A DNA stretch of 64,000 bases from contig OZ024749.1 in assembly GCA_964016885.1 (NCBI GenBank), positions 56,544,001 to 56,608,000 on the forward strand, read 5' to 3'. Each line of letters starts with the position of its first letter. The first letter of the stretch is position 1. Source of the stretch: Eledone cirrhosa. Lineage: Eukaryota. Below, one piece after another: positions 12,869-25,983 of the stretch. Both the position numbers and the translations under genes were made by a program. The notes below the pieces were generated by a model. It saw only the letters and a list, made by a program, of their open reading frames with translations. It had not been told where the DNA came from and searched no databases.

Positions 12869-14979
12869 TATTTCTGCCAGGAGTTGCAACTGGTAGATAC
12901 TATCAGCAAAGGAAAAATCGACGGAAACATTGCTTCCTTGGTCCGATTTGACGAAGTCAACCTCACTCGGTAAGCGAGTGAGTTCTGGTATCATGTTGAT
13001 CAATTTGATTGAACTTATCGATGAAAGAACTTCTTTACAAAACATTAACCAAATGTTTAATCCATCGAGCTGTTTGTAAATAATTCTTATAAAATATCTA
13101 CAGGGTACCGGACACATTGTAATCGATCAATCACTGAGATAGATTCCATCCACTAACGCACCCCTACTAATATTTGGTCTGGCACCTCAGAGAAAGACAA
13201 AACTTGCCAATGCAGATTTTTCATTCGATTGTGGACCATACAATATTATTTTTAAAGATGTTTTAAAAATATTTATTTGCTTTCTTTATTTGCCATTTAG
13301 TTAAAAGAATGGCAATACTTATGGCCATTCATATTTTCACGGATTTTAAGACTTTTGTAGACCAGGGGGGACTTTATAATCAACACAACGACCGGGCCCG
13401 AATATTTCAGCAGTCTGAACTCTGCTAAATGCACCTAAGATCCAAGCTGACGCTGTTAAATGGGGTGACCGATAGAATCTGCTACCACAAAATATTCATC
13501 CCGCGAAGATTTTACATTTTACATCCCACAGGTTTTACATTTAGCTATAGCTCCATCACTAAAAGTGAGGGATGTGTCGTAGAGTCAACTGGAACCAATG
13601 TGACAGCCTCTAAGCGGTCGTTCAAACTACTAGAAATAGCAATCAAATCTCTGTCAATACACATGGCATAATGTATTCCGAAATACACTATGTCTAAACC
13701 CCCTCCCCTACAATGATCTAATCTGGAATGTCTTTGATCATGGGTCGGCCCCATCAATATTAACGTGGGACTGAAAACAATAACATAAGGCAAAGGTTCA
13801 CACTTAAACCATAAATATAAAAGAAAGTTAAATTGAAACGGAAAAACATGTAAAACTTTCAATTTCATACTTAACACCACTCTACCACCCCTCACCGCTT
13901 CATTGATGATCCCCGTTGTGTTAAAAGTACTGACAGAGACTGAGAGAGAGGGGAAGAGCGGGGGGAAATATGGGGGGGGGGAGTGAGAGGGGAGCGAGAG
14001 GGGAGTGAGAGGGGGTAGAGAGACGGAGAGAGAGTGGGAGTGGGGTAGAGAGAGAGTGTGAGGTAGAGAGAGAAAGATAGAGAGAGGGGAGAGAGAGGGG
14101 CGAGAGAGGGGCGAGAGAGGGGAGAGAAAGGGGGAGAGAGTGTGGGGGAGAGAGTGTGGGGGAGAGAGGGGGAGAGAGTGTGGGAGAGAGAGAGAGTGGG
14201 AGTGGAGTAGAGAGAGAAAGATAAAGAGGGCGTAGAGGGAAAGTGAGGTGGTAGATAGAGGGAGGAGTACAGGCTATTAGAAAATCCAACCACGAACGAA
14301 AATATACTTACTTAATATATTTTTTATAGTTTTATTGTTTGAAAGTTGTTTGTGAGAGTGCTGAGTCAATATGTTAGGACATAAGAGACAGAAAAAACTA
14401 AAGAAAAACAACCCGAAATGGACGGAAAAGTTTATTTTATAGAAACATTTTCAATGGGATTTATTTCTCTCAGCAATTACTCATAGAACAATAATCACGA
14501 TCAGAACTATTAAAGTTGGCAGATATTGAAGTTAACAAGTAAATTTATTTCCATTGATTTTACCACTTGAGGCCGTTACAAAGGTGATAGACCGTGGCAG
14601 TAATTACACCGCTCGTTGCATCCTTGACGACCACCGGTGGGTTAGAAAGATGGAGAGATAGAGAGAGTGGGCGTAGAGGGAAATAAAGAGAGCGAGAGAG
14701 AGAGAGAGAAAGGAAGAGAGTGGGAGAAAGGTGGTAGAGAGGGAGAGCGACAGGCTATCGGGAAAACCCACTACCAAAGACATCATCCCTTCACATCAAA
14801 GTAAATGGATGCGAACGATGTTATTAAGCAGTAAAAAATTCTCCGACGAGTTTTATACTTACTTTCATAATACCCAATTTACAATTTCAGTACGTGTTTT
14901 CATTTCAATTCATTTCATTACTGTGTGTTCTTAGATCTCAGGGACTATATATCACACACACACACACATGTGTATAGGT

Positions 14980-15573
<594 letters not shown>

Positions 15574-16180
15574 TAAATAATGAAATTATTAACTGATGTT
15601 AACTTAAATAAATGGGGATTTTCTTTGATGTTATTTTACGAGACTGACTCAACACTTTCAATACTAGTTGCTATCGTATCGTAAAACTAAAAACAAAATC
15701 AAAATACAATAAAAATTACCTACAACAACAACAGCAACAACAATAACAAAACTAAGACAAATTCTTATCGTATCTGTTTATATTCACACTGATTGAGAAA
15801 GGTTAATTTCGTTCCATTCAATCATTCTCATAACACATTATATAGATTATTTTTACGTATCTTATTTAGAAGAAGTTAAGTGATTTACTAAAATAAAAAT
15901 CTCTCCTTTATTTATGTATGTATTTATTTATCGTTTTAGTTTTGGTTTACTTATCAACCTCATGTATCAATCTATTAATCAGTTTACCAATTAATCTATC
16001 TATTTTTCAATATATCTATATAGCTTATCTATAAATCGATCAAACTATATAGGTGTCGTTCATGAAATGCATTTAGAAAACAGTGCCTTGTTATTCATGA
16101 TACACGAATATTTCCATACTTAAATTTCCACATTTTTATTATAATTACGTTGATGTGTTATTTCCTCTCTCTCACACACA

Positions 16181-16230
<50 letters not shown>

Positions 16231-16346
16231 TGTGAATTTGTGTGTGGGAATGAATGTGTACATGTAAATTCCAATAGATCAATACGTCTATAAAACATTC
16301 ATCAAATCAAGTTTTCTGCCCCACCTGACTTTCTCTTCTCTCCGTA

Positions 16347-16381
<35 letters not shown>

Positions 16382-16396
16382 GAACAAATATGTAGG

Positions 16397-16427
<31 letters not shown>

Positions 16428-16434
16428 GGATATA

Positions 16435-16483
<49 letters not shown>

Positions 16484-16836
16484 GTAGGATATATATTTAT
16501 ATATAGCTAGATAGATAGATATAGATATGAAAAAAATATGTAGTATATATATATGAATATATATATATGTAGTATATATATATATGTGCGTGTGTGTGCG
16601 TGCGTGTAAAGGATGTATAAAACCCGACCGTAGAAGTTATACATACATACATACTGAAGTCTAAATATACAGGCTCTCAGTTCAAATCCCAACGGGGTAC
16701 CATTTGTATTTCATTATTACGGGATGTATACATCCAAGGTGGTGGGTTAGCAGTATATTTAGTCAATCAGGCATAGTTGTACGTATTCTGATTGTATATG
16801 AAATCACAGAGGTGTAAATAGATCCAGAGTTCTTGA

Positions 16837-16908
<72 letters not shown>

Positions 16909-17583
16909 TAAAATTATACAGATTAAAGTTTAAGCGAAGAATCGCTGCTGACACTCTTAACGGAATTCTTCTGAAACTAAAACTTGTCGAGCCCTCTTCG
17001 GATTTTAGTCTTCACATTTATTATTATTACTATATATAAATATATATATTTATATACTGGGACGGAGGAGACATTTCTTAATTTAGTTGTAGGGATTAGT
17101 TTAGCTGTTTGCAGTCTAAAATGGTCAGAAAACTTTGATATTCGATAAACATAACATACCAAAATAGATGTGTGTTTTGGTAGTTTCGGGAGAAAACATA
17201 ATTATTGGGGGGGGGGGGGGGACAAGATTGTCGAACGTGTTTAAAAACACGTTTGATACAATGGTAATGTTTTCTTTCATCGATCTCTGGTATTTAACAC
17301 AATATACTAGCATCAGTATCATATATTATTGAATTTATTTCATATACAGTGTAGAGTTCTCAAGTGGGTTTGACCCCTGAGTGAAATACTGCTCTACTAC
17401 TTCCGAGTTGGGCGCAAGCTTGTATTACCAAAATAAAACAAATGTGTATTGATGACTTTTAGACATAAACATACACAGACACATATATAAATACATTTAT
17501 ACATCCATACATATGCATGTAGACACACACGTATATATATATGCGTGTGTGTATATATATATATATGTATAGATACAAATGTA

Positions 17584-18418
17584 CAGTAGCGGACTGGGTC
17601 TAAAAATATTGGTGCCAGGAGATGAAGGGGCCCACCTATAGACAGAATGCTAGCATTGGCCCCTAAAATACTACAGTGGGCCCTGCAATGCTACCGTGGG
17701 CCCACTTGCCATTAGGCACCCTGGTAACCTGGCCAGTTCGTTTGTTAAAAATAATTAAATTAAATTAATTCAACAGTTAAACACACATAGGAATAATAAG
17801 GTCGTTACCAAAGAGCCAGAAGATTGACAAGTCGACCCTAAATATGTCTAATAGCTCTAGGTTAGGAAAGCCATGAACGACAACACATCTTTTTAACTTT
17901 GATTTTGATAGTAGGTTTATAATTATCAATTTTCATTATACTTTTGTAGCTTTCCCGGTGGCCTAGTTGGAGGAATCATAGACGGGGGTGATTCTGGTCT
18001 GAGGTTCGATCCTGGTCGGGAGGAGGGTTCCCGGTAAACGTTTTCATCTTTTTTCTATGGGATGTAAAATAAAAACTGAAAAAGACGACATGTACCTCTC
18101 GACCAGGATTGAAACCCAGGCCGGGATCACAATCGACTCTATTACCAAACACTAGGCCACAGAGACAACTACGAAAATCTTATGAAAATTCATACTTATA
18201 AACCTACTTTCAAAACAAAATGATGGGATGTCATTCATGTCTTTCTTAATGTTATTGCTCCTACTTAAGGTCGACTTCTAAATCATTAGGGTGTCCCATA
18301 AACTTTCTTTCTCTTAGACTTCAGGCATTCTTTGACATACAGTGGGCCCTGCAATGCTACTCTGGGCTCCTGCAATGCCCCCTGGGTCCCACTTGTCAAC
18401 CTGGCCAGTCCGCCATTG
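17584..18418. mobile_element. Non-autonomous hAT-type element with 8-bp TSD, carrying a nested insertion
   Basis: TIRs CAGTAGCGGACTGG (17584) and CCAGTCCGCCATTG (ends 18418; revcomp CAATGGCGGACTGG). Flanks CAAATGTA (17576-17583) and CATATGTA (18419-18426) are 7/8 identical. GGGCCC-rich subterminal motifs. Confidence 0.75.
17829..18277. mobile_element. Fold-back element with two convergent tRNA-like modules
   Basis: Diverged ~200-bp inverted arms begin AAGTCGACC and end GGTCGACTT. Each arm contains TGGCCTAGT(T/G) and GG(T)TTC(G/A)ATCCTGGTCG. Confidence 0.7.
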
Positions 18419-18538
18419 CATATGTACACACACACACACACACAGATATACATACGTATACTCGTACGTTTATATGTGTCTACCTATATATACGCACATA
18501 CTCAAACATATATATATATGTATATAAATGTTGTGTGA

Positions 18539-18573
<35 letters not shown>

Positions 18574-18868
18574 ACAATCATTAGAGGTCTCTATCAGATC
18601 ACAAAGTTTAACAACACAACATCACATGAATTCCATCTAATTTTGGCAACTTGGTCTGTTTCAGATTCTATCACACACTAATCGTTAACTTTCCTTATCT
18701 CAAGATCCTGAATCCAGAACCCACTTTATACCATGCTAGCCCCTCCCCCCCCCACTCCAATATTCCATACATATGTTGCCAAGATTCTTGCAGATTCCAT
18801 TGGCTGCTGGTTCAAATGGATTAATGCAAAGGATCCTATCATTCTATCCCATTCTATTGTGTTCCATT

Positions 18869-18906
<38 letters not shown>

Positions 18907-18926
18907 GTACCTACACACACACACAC

Positions 18927-18992
<66 letters not shown>

Positions 18993-20123
18993 TCCTATTT
19001 ATTAATGGTTGTTCAATACACCAGAAGATATAATTAAATTCAGAATATTCTGCTGTCTCGTCTCTGCGAGCTAAAAAAGGGGATTTCAGTGAGGTCTCTA
19101 GAAGCTAGAAATAGCAATCAAATCCCCTTGAACTCGCACATAACAACGTTATTAAAAGATATTGGGTAGTGTCTTTCGAAATCAACCGAGGCGGTGGGTA
19201 TTAAGAAAAAGAACATATAAAATAGATCGGACATAGAATGCTTTTCACCGTACATATTCCCAATTGATCTTGACCTGGGCCTTAAAAACAACAACAGTAT
19301 AAACAAAAAGAGCAAAAAAAAATACAACAATTACAATTATTCAGACTACAAAAACAATTTCAACAGCAACAACTAAAAGAACAACAACCACTCCAGCAAT
19401 AGCATGAAGGACAGCACCAACAACAATTTCAACAACAAATAGAACACAACTAGCATCACCACCCACAGAAATAACAACATTGACAACAACAAAAAAACCG
19501 CCCCGACAACATCATGAACATCACCAACACCAGCTCCAATGAGAGAATCACATACCCACCACCACCACCGCCAGCAACAACTCCTATAAGTGAATCCACC
19601 ACCACCACCACCAACATCATCAACATCATCAACATCATCATATACTGTAGATAATTTCTAACTTAAATTGATTCAGGACCAGGATCAAGAATTTAAAAAA
19701 TAATTTTTGTCTTAGAATCAGTTTTATTATTCGATCATTCGAGTTGGCTAAAAATAATTTCTGAAATTTGTGCCAGCTATATACTAGATCGATTCAACAG
19801 AATATATGTTCACCTACATAAATATAATGCAATGCTCACTTCACTTGGCCTGCGATTTCTTGGTCACGTGAAATGCTAAGGATCAACTGTATGGCTAGCT
19901 CGAATGTGGATCACGAGCAAAAGACCATCCCTAACTGAAATATACAGATATCTGCAGAATGTGTCTACCATTCATAGCAAGTCGAAATATAGCCATGAAA
20001 GGACATAACATAGATATGTTCACCTTGGCATGGGTAAGAAAAAAAACAAAAAAAAACGGGGCTTGATCGAAATGCGCTTGCTGCATATAACGACAGCTCA
20101 CGTGATAAGATATCAACACATGA

Positions 20124-20290
20124 CGCCGAGAAAGATGGTTGGATAACATCCATGGGCTTGGCTGGTTTCACTTGGTGACCCATCCAGATCAATTGGAGAC
20201 GGTTGTTTCTGACAGGACCCACTGGAAGGAATGTTTGAGGACTCTGCCACCACGACCTTCTCATGGAAAAAGAAGAAAAAGAAGAAGACT
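20124..20290 (+). pseudogene. 3' remnant of an RTE/Expander-like LINE ORF
   Basis: Frame from 20124 reads RRERWLDNIHGLGWFHLVTHPDQLETVVSDRTHWKECLRTLPPRPSHG, matching the RW.D.I..L.W..L...P..L..V..DR..W...LR.LPPRP C-terminus of Expander-type RTE elements. Followed by an (AAG)n-like tail. Confidence 0.75.
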
Positions 20291-21021
20291 ATGCAATCAC
20301 CTGTGGTGAATGCAATAATACTGCCACTCTCCAATAGATTTAAACAGTCATTGCTTATGATGTGCCAAAATAATGGGGGTATTTGAACGGAAGGGTGTTA
20401 AGTGGGAAAGAAAAAGTGGAAGGAAGAGGGGAAAAGAAGAAATTTCCCTCGCCTGCTAAGACGGATGTTATCCGGCGATGGCAACGTTTGTTATTTTTAA
20501 ACAACAACTTTCTCTCCTTCACATTCCTACAATTATATTTCTTTTCCTTCTCATCGAATTATACAAATGTAGAAATGAATATTTCCAACATAATAATAGG
20601 TATCCAGCTTTCATAATTTGATATACAAACAAGAACTAAACAAGAAAAAGACAAAAAAAATCAAACAAAATAAAATAGAATAGAATAGAATAGAGTAAAA
20701 TAAGACGGTGGGAGGTCCATTCATATCTAAAACGCAGCTTGTTCAACGAACATCCAGATTGACTTAATAGCTCCAACTGAACTGTGAATACAGGGCTGTT
20801 TAAGGTCAGCAGAGTAAACAACATTCTGAACTGAATCCAAGTTTCATTTCACCCCAACAGTTATCAATTTCTCGTGTCCAAATTAAAAAAAATATATCAT
20901 ATCGCCAATTCCTTCTTTCCACGCCAATTCCATAAATAGCTATTGCTATATCGATTTCTTACAATGTATCGTGTTACTTTGGTAAAACAAAAACAAGAGC
21001 TTTATACACATATATATGTGT

Positions 21022-21071
<50 letters not shown>

Positions 21072-21171
21072 TCATATATATATATACACACATTATATAT
21101 ATATCATCATCATCACACACACACACATATATATATATACACATAAAAACACACGCACAACATACTCAAAC

Positions 21172-21237
<66 letters not shown>

Positions 21238-21822
21238 AGATACGTATGTGTATACGTATGTGTGTGTGTATACGTATGTGTGTGTATTTTGGATAGAAAA
21301 AGACTTTGTAACAAGAGCATAATAGAGAAATCTCGTTGACGTCACTTTCTAAATGTACAACAAACAAGGCACGGTCTTACGAGAATTGTAGCAATGCAAT
21401 GGCGGGATTTAAGTATCGTTTCTATTGCGTTGCTATAAATATAATAACAACCAGCAGCAATTGCATATCCATCTAGGATGACATGCCAGCGTTTGCAAGC
21501 TATGCACAAGACTAGAAAAACTATCATAAAATTCGCCAGTACTTTAAGCGTTGGCATTGCCTTCATCGAGTAATGCTAATTAAATTCTGTATGACAGAAT
21601 CAGCAACGCCATATTGAATTAGGTTTTCCGTTGTAATCCGAACAGGCTGTCCGTTGTAAGTTAAAAGATTGCTTGTACAGACAACTGCTATGAATTCCTC
21701 TTGTCAGAACAATTTTCAAATCTATTCTTGACAGTATTTATCTTTAGCCGCGTCAATACAAGATTTATAATTCTAACATCCAACAAAAACAAACATTCCA
21801 AGAGATTTGAAAAATTATAACG

Positions 21823-21895
<73 letters not shown>

Positions 21896-22029
21896 AATGA
21901 AGTAATTCCGTCGGAAAGGTCCAGGAAAAAAGAGTGCTCTATGTAGGTTACAGAGCTTATTAGTTATGTAATAAACAACATAAGATAATTATTTCATTTA
22001 CTAGTGGTAACAAATTTGCTTTCAGTGGT

Positions 22030-22154
22030 AACAAATTTGCTTTCAGTTATCAGAATGAAGAAATCCTGGTGTTTTTATTGAATGTGGATTTGAAATCCAC
22101 ATTCAATAAAAACACCAGGATTTCTTCATTCTGATAACTGAAAGCAAATTTGTT
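22030..22154. repeat. Perfect palindrome, 62-bp arms, 1-nt loop
   Basis: 22030-22091 is the exact reverse complement of 22093-22154. Confidence 0.95.
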
Positions 22155-22187
22155 TGCTTTCAAGAAACCACTGGTAAATATATATAA

Positions 22188-22262
<75 letters not shown>

Positions 22263-22412
22263 TTATTAAAATAACAGATTAAAGTTTAAGCAAAGAATCG
22301 CTGCTTTCACCCTTAACGGGATCTTCTGAAATAAATATTTGCTCTACGGTTCTTATATATTTGATATATATTTATCCTTATCGAGCCCTCTTTGGATTTT
22401 AGTCTTCAAATT

Positions 22413-22460
<48 letters not shown>

Positions 22461-22541
22461 GTATATATATATATATATATATACACGTATATATATATAT
22501 ATATATATACACGTATATATATATATATAATGATATATATA

Positions 22542-22866
22542 ACGAACGAAGGAAGTGTGGTAAGGAACCAGGTGAACCATAACGCACCAGAGTACTCGAT
22601 ACTTAGGGTAGTAGAGTGGATAATAGGAAAAGAGTCAGGACCCCGACGGCTGAGCTCCGGCCGTTTCGACAGTTAGATCCGAACTGAAGTGCCAGTATTC
22701 GTGCGGCGAGGGAATACTGGCGCTCTAGTTCGGATCTAGCTGTCGAAATGGCCGGAGCTCAGCCGCCGGGGTCCGGAATCATTTCATATTACCCACTCTA
22801 CTACCTCAAGTACTGAGTACTCTGGTGGGTTATGGTCTAGCTGGCTTTTACCACACCCTCTCCGAC
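22542..22866. mobile_element. ~325-bp rod-like fold-back element with 15-bp flanking direct repeat
   Basis: Imperfect ~150-bp arms around a loop at 22701-22711. ATAATGATATATATA at 22527-22541 and 22867-22881. Second family member at 62891-63052. Confidence 0.8.
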
Positions 22867-23256
22867 ATAATGATATATATATATATACATACATGAATAG
22901 CGAAAACAATACTGACAATCTTAATAGAAAACTAGAACGCAGGAAAGGAAAACAGTGTAAATAATAATAATAACAAATATAAGAGCAATAATAATAAATG
23001 GAATAGGAGTAACAAGAAAATGAAGAGAAAATAAAGAGAAACGCTTAAATAACAACACTGACAGTAAATGATAATAAACAATAACATGGAAACAATGAAC
23101 ATAATAGAAAAATGGAAGAAGGTGTGAATAGGATGTTGTCGGCACTAATTGAAGGTAACAGGTTGGAACTAGTGAAGGATTCACTGAGAAGCCTACAGCA
23201 TAGTGTAGAAGACACTGGCATACATGGTATATGGGATATATATATATATATATATG

Positions 23257-23298
<42 letters not shown>

Positions 23299-23363
23299 TG
23301 TATATATATATATAAATAAAAAGAACGGAAACAATCATATATATATATATATGTATGTATGTG

Positions 23364-23455
23364 TATATATATATATATATATATTTACACACTGTATCTA
23401 GATATCTATAACTTATATATATATATATAAGTTATAGATATCTAGATACAGTGTG

Positions 23456-23479
<24 letters not shown>
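23364..23479. repeat. Perfect palindrome centred on (TA)n
   Basis: TTTACACACTGTATCTAGATATCTATAACT-(TA)n-AGTTATAGATATCTAGATACAGTGTGTAAA, extending into TA runs on both sides. Confidence 0.95.
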
Positions 23480-23508
<29 letters not shown>

Positions 23509-24264
23509 AAACGCATATAAAATATTCACATGTACAAATATGTATGTGTTTGTGCGTGCATGTGTAGGTGTATGTGTACGTCTATGTGTGTGTGCTGCCG
23601 GCCATTCTCACAAGTGCTGACACAGGAATATTTTGACGGTTGTCTTAATTATTCCTTTGTCTTTTAGTTCCTGCTTCTTTATTATCTTATTGTTTGTCTT
23701 CTTGTTTTATTGCAATTTTGATTTTCCCGTTTCTCTCTCATTAACCCACCCCTCTCTCTCTCACACTATGTCTCTCTCTATTCCTCTCTCTACTTCACAC
23801 TTACTAACGCTTTCTCCCTCTCTCATATTCAGTCACACTGTCTCTGTCTCCCTCTGTTCCATTTGTGAAATCTGTCTTCATGTCTTCCTCTAATTCACTC
23901 GTCTGAGACGTAATAACATAATAAAGGAAAAAACAAAAGAAATAAAACAGAGTGGGGAGACGGTGGGGGTGGGGGTGAGAACAAAGCAACGATATGTAGT
24001 AAATATAAATAACACACACACACACACAAGAAAGAAACGACAAAAGAAAGATGCCCCGTGGTGGAAATATACATTGAAAGAAAGACAAACAGAAAGAATG
24101 GAAGACAAAGAATGAAATACAATGACAGAGAAAGAATGAAAAAGAATGAAAAAGAATGAAGAATGAAGCAACTGACTTGAATCTGATGAAATTTTGGTAA
24201 CATCTGTAATACGACGATGACCTGCGATGGTTTGACGCACACACACCTATACATACACACACAC

Positions 24265-24304
<40 letters not shown>

Positions 24305-25044
24305 CATACACACACATATATATATGTAAACAACAGAGCAAACAACAGTGAAGATATATTAGTTTAACGCCTAAGTAAATACTCCAAGTCGACCTAAAAA
24401 TGAATGGAAGACGGTAGTCTGGGTATCGAACACACGTGTGTTCTATTTAGCTCTCACTATATTTCTCACTAAATTATATACACTCTGATGATACTTGCTA
24501 AGACATTAAATATCTTATATCTATTAGCGATTCGCAATATCGCTTTATATCCTACACATACGTGAAATGTACGCCCTTATTTTTATTCTGGCTTTGATGT
24601 TGTAAATTATATTCGATCATGAAAAGTTTATCACGTTATTTACATACGTATAGTTGTGGCTTTGAACTACTTTCTTCAAGCAAGTTTTATGGAAGCAATA
24701 TTTACCATTTTTAGAACCTTAACCATTTATTAGTTACTGAAGGAGACGAAAAGCGAGTGAGGTTTGACCAGCTCGAAACAGCAGTTAAATATCCCTTAAA
24801 TGAATCACACCTAGCAGTTTTTTTTATTTTATTCCAGGACATTGTATGATATTCCTGAATTCAATATCGGGGAAACATTTGAACTTAAGTCTGTTAAATC
24901 ATATAAATATCTATATATCTATATGTATGTGTATATATATGTATGTATGGTATAGTGCCATTATAGTAACTGGCCTTAATAATTATTATAAAACTTGTTC
25001 TACGGACTCGAGTTGCTCTCTACCTTTGATATCTCTACAACGCT

Positions 25045-25082
<38 letters not shown>

Positions 25083-25869
25083 CATACATATACACACACA
25101 CACATACGTAACTACATTCCATTTTATACTGCACCCCCTCATTGGGTTTATGCCATACGCGATTACAAATTACCGTTGTCTTTTATATATATATTATTTA
25201 TTATTATTTTTTCAGTTGTTTTTATATGTATTAGAGGTAAGCAACAGTCTAGTGTCAGACACCAAAGTCTGCGAACCAACATGGTTCGAATAATTTATTA
25301 GACATTAGTTTTTTTATTTTTCCCTTCGTATAATTTTAGGAAAAAGAAAAGGTGTAAAATTCTTGAAAAAGGTCATTGCTAAACTAATAAATTGAATTAA
25401 ACATACAATGGATTATAATAGATAGATATAATAATCGGTTAGATTATGAATAAAGTATCTGTTATTGATTTTGTTTAACTCTAGATCGGGTCTGCTTGAA
25501 TAAATTTATCCTCGAATATTTCCCTCCGTAACTAACTTTACATACTATATCTAGTTTTAGGCTAACAAATATGTTTTTTGTTCTTAGATAAAATGAAGGT
25601 GAATATAAACGGTTGCCCAGTTTAAGACCTCAACCTGGGATTTGGCGTTTTTTGTAGAGATCACCCTCTGGCAAGCATTCGAACTTGGTCTTTGGTTTGA
25701 GAATAGGTTAGTCCCTCCTCTGTTGTATCGCACCCAGATAAAGTGAAATGTGTTAAGGAATCAGCCATACAAGTAGTGAATATATAAATAGAAATATGTC
25801 TTTCACCTATAATTCTACTGTTCTGTAAATGCTGCGTTATTACTTGCTAAATTTCTTGTTTCTGTTTAC

Positions 25870-25983
25870 CCATATCTCCTGGTTGAGACTTAAGGAAGCT
25901 GTAGTGACATACAGCATTTCTTGGGTATTTCTTTAAACATGGCGGAGCTCTTCCCCTCTCCAGGTCAAGAAACAATTGTCTGC
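25870..25983 (-). CDS. Candidate internal exon (114 nt, phase 1-1), product unrecognised
   Basis: Strong acceptor ctctttctccttttcag and donor G|gtaaac. Reads RQLFLDLERGRAPPCLKKYPRNAVCHYSFLKSQPGDM. Confidence 0.25.
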
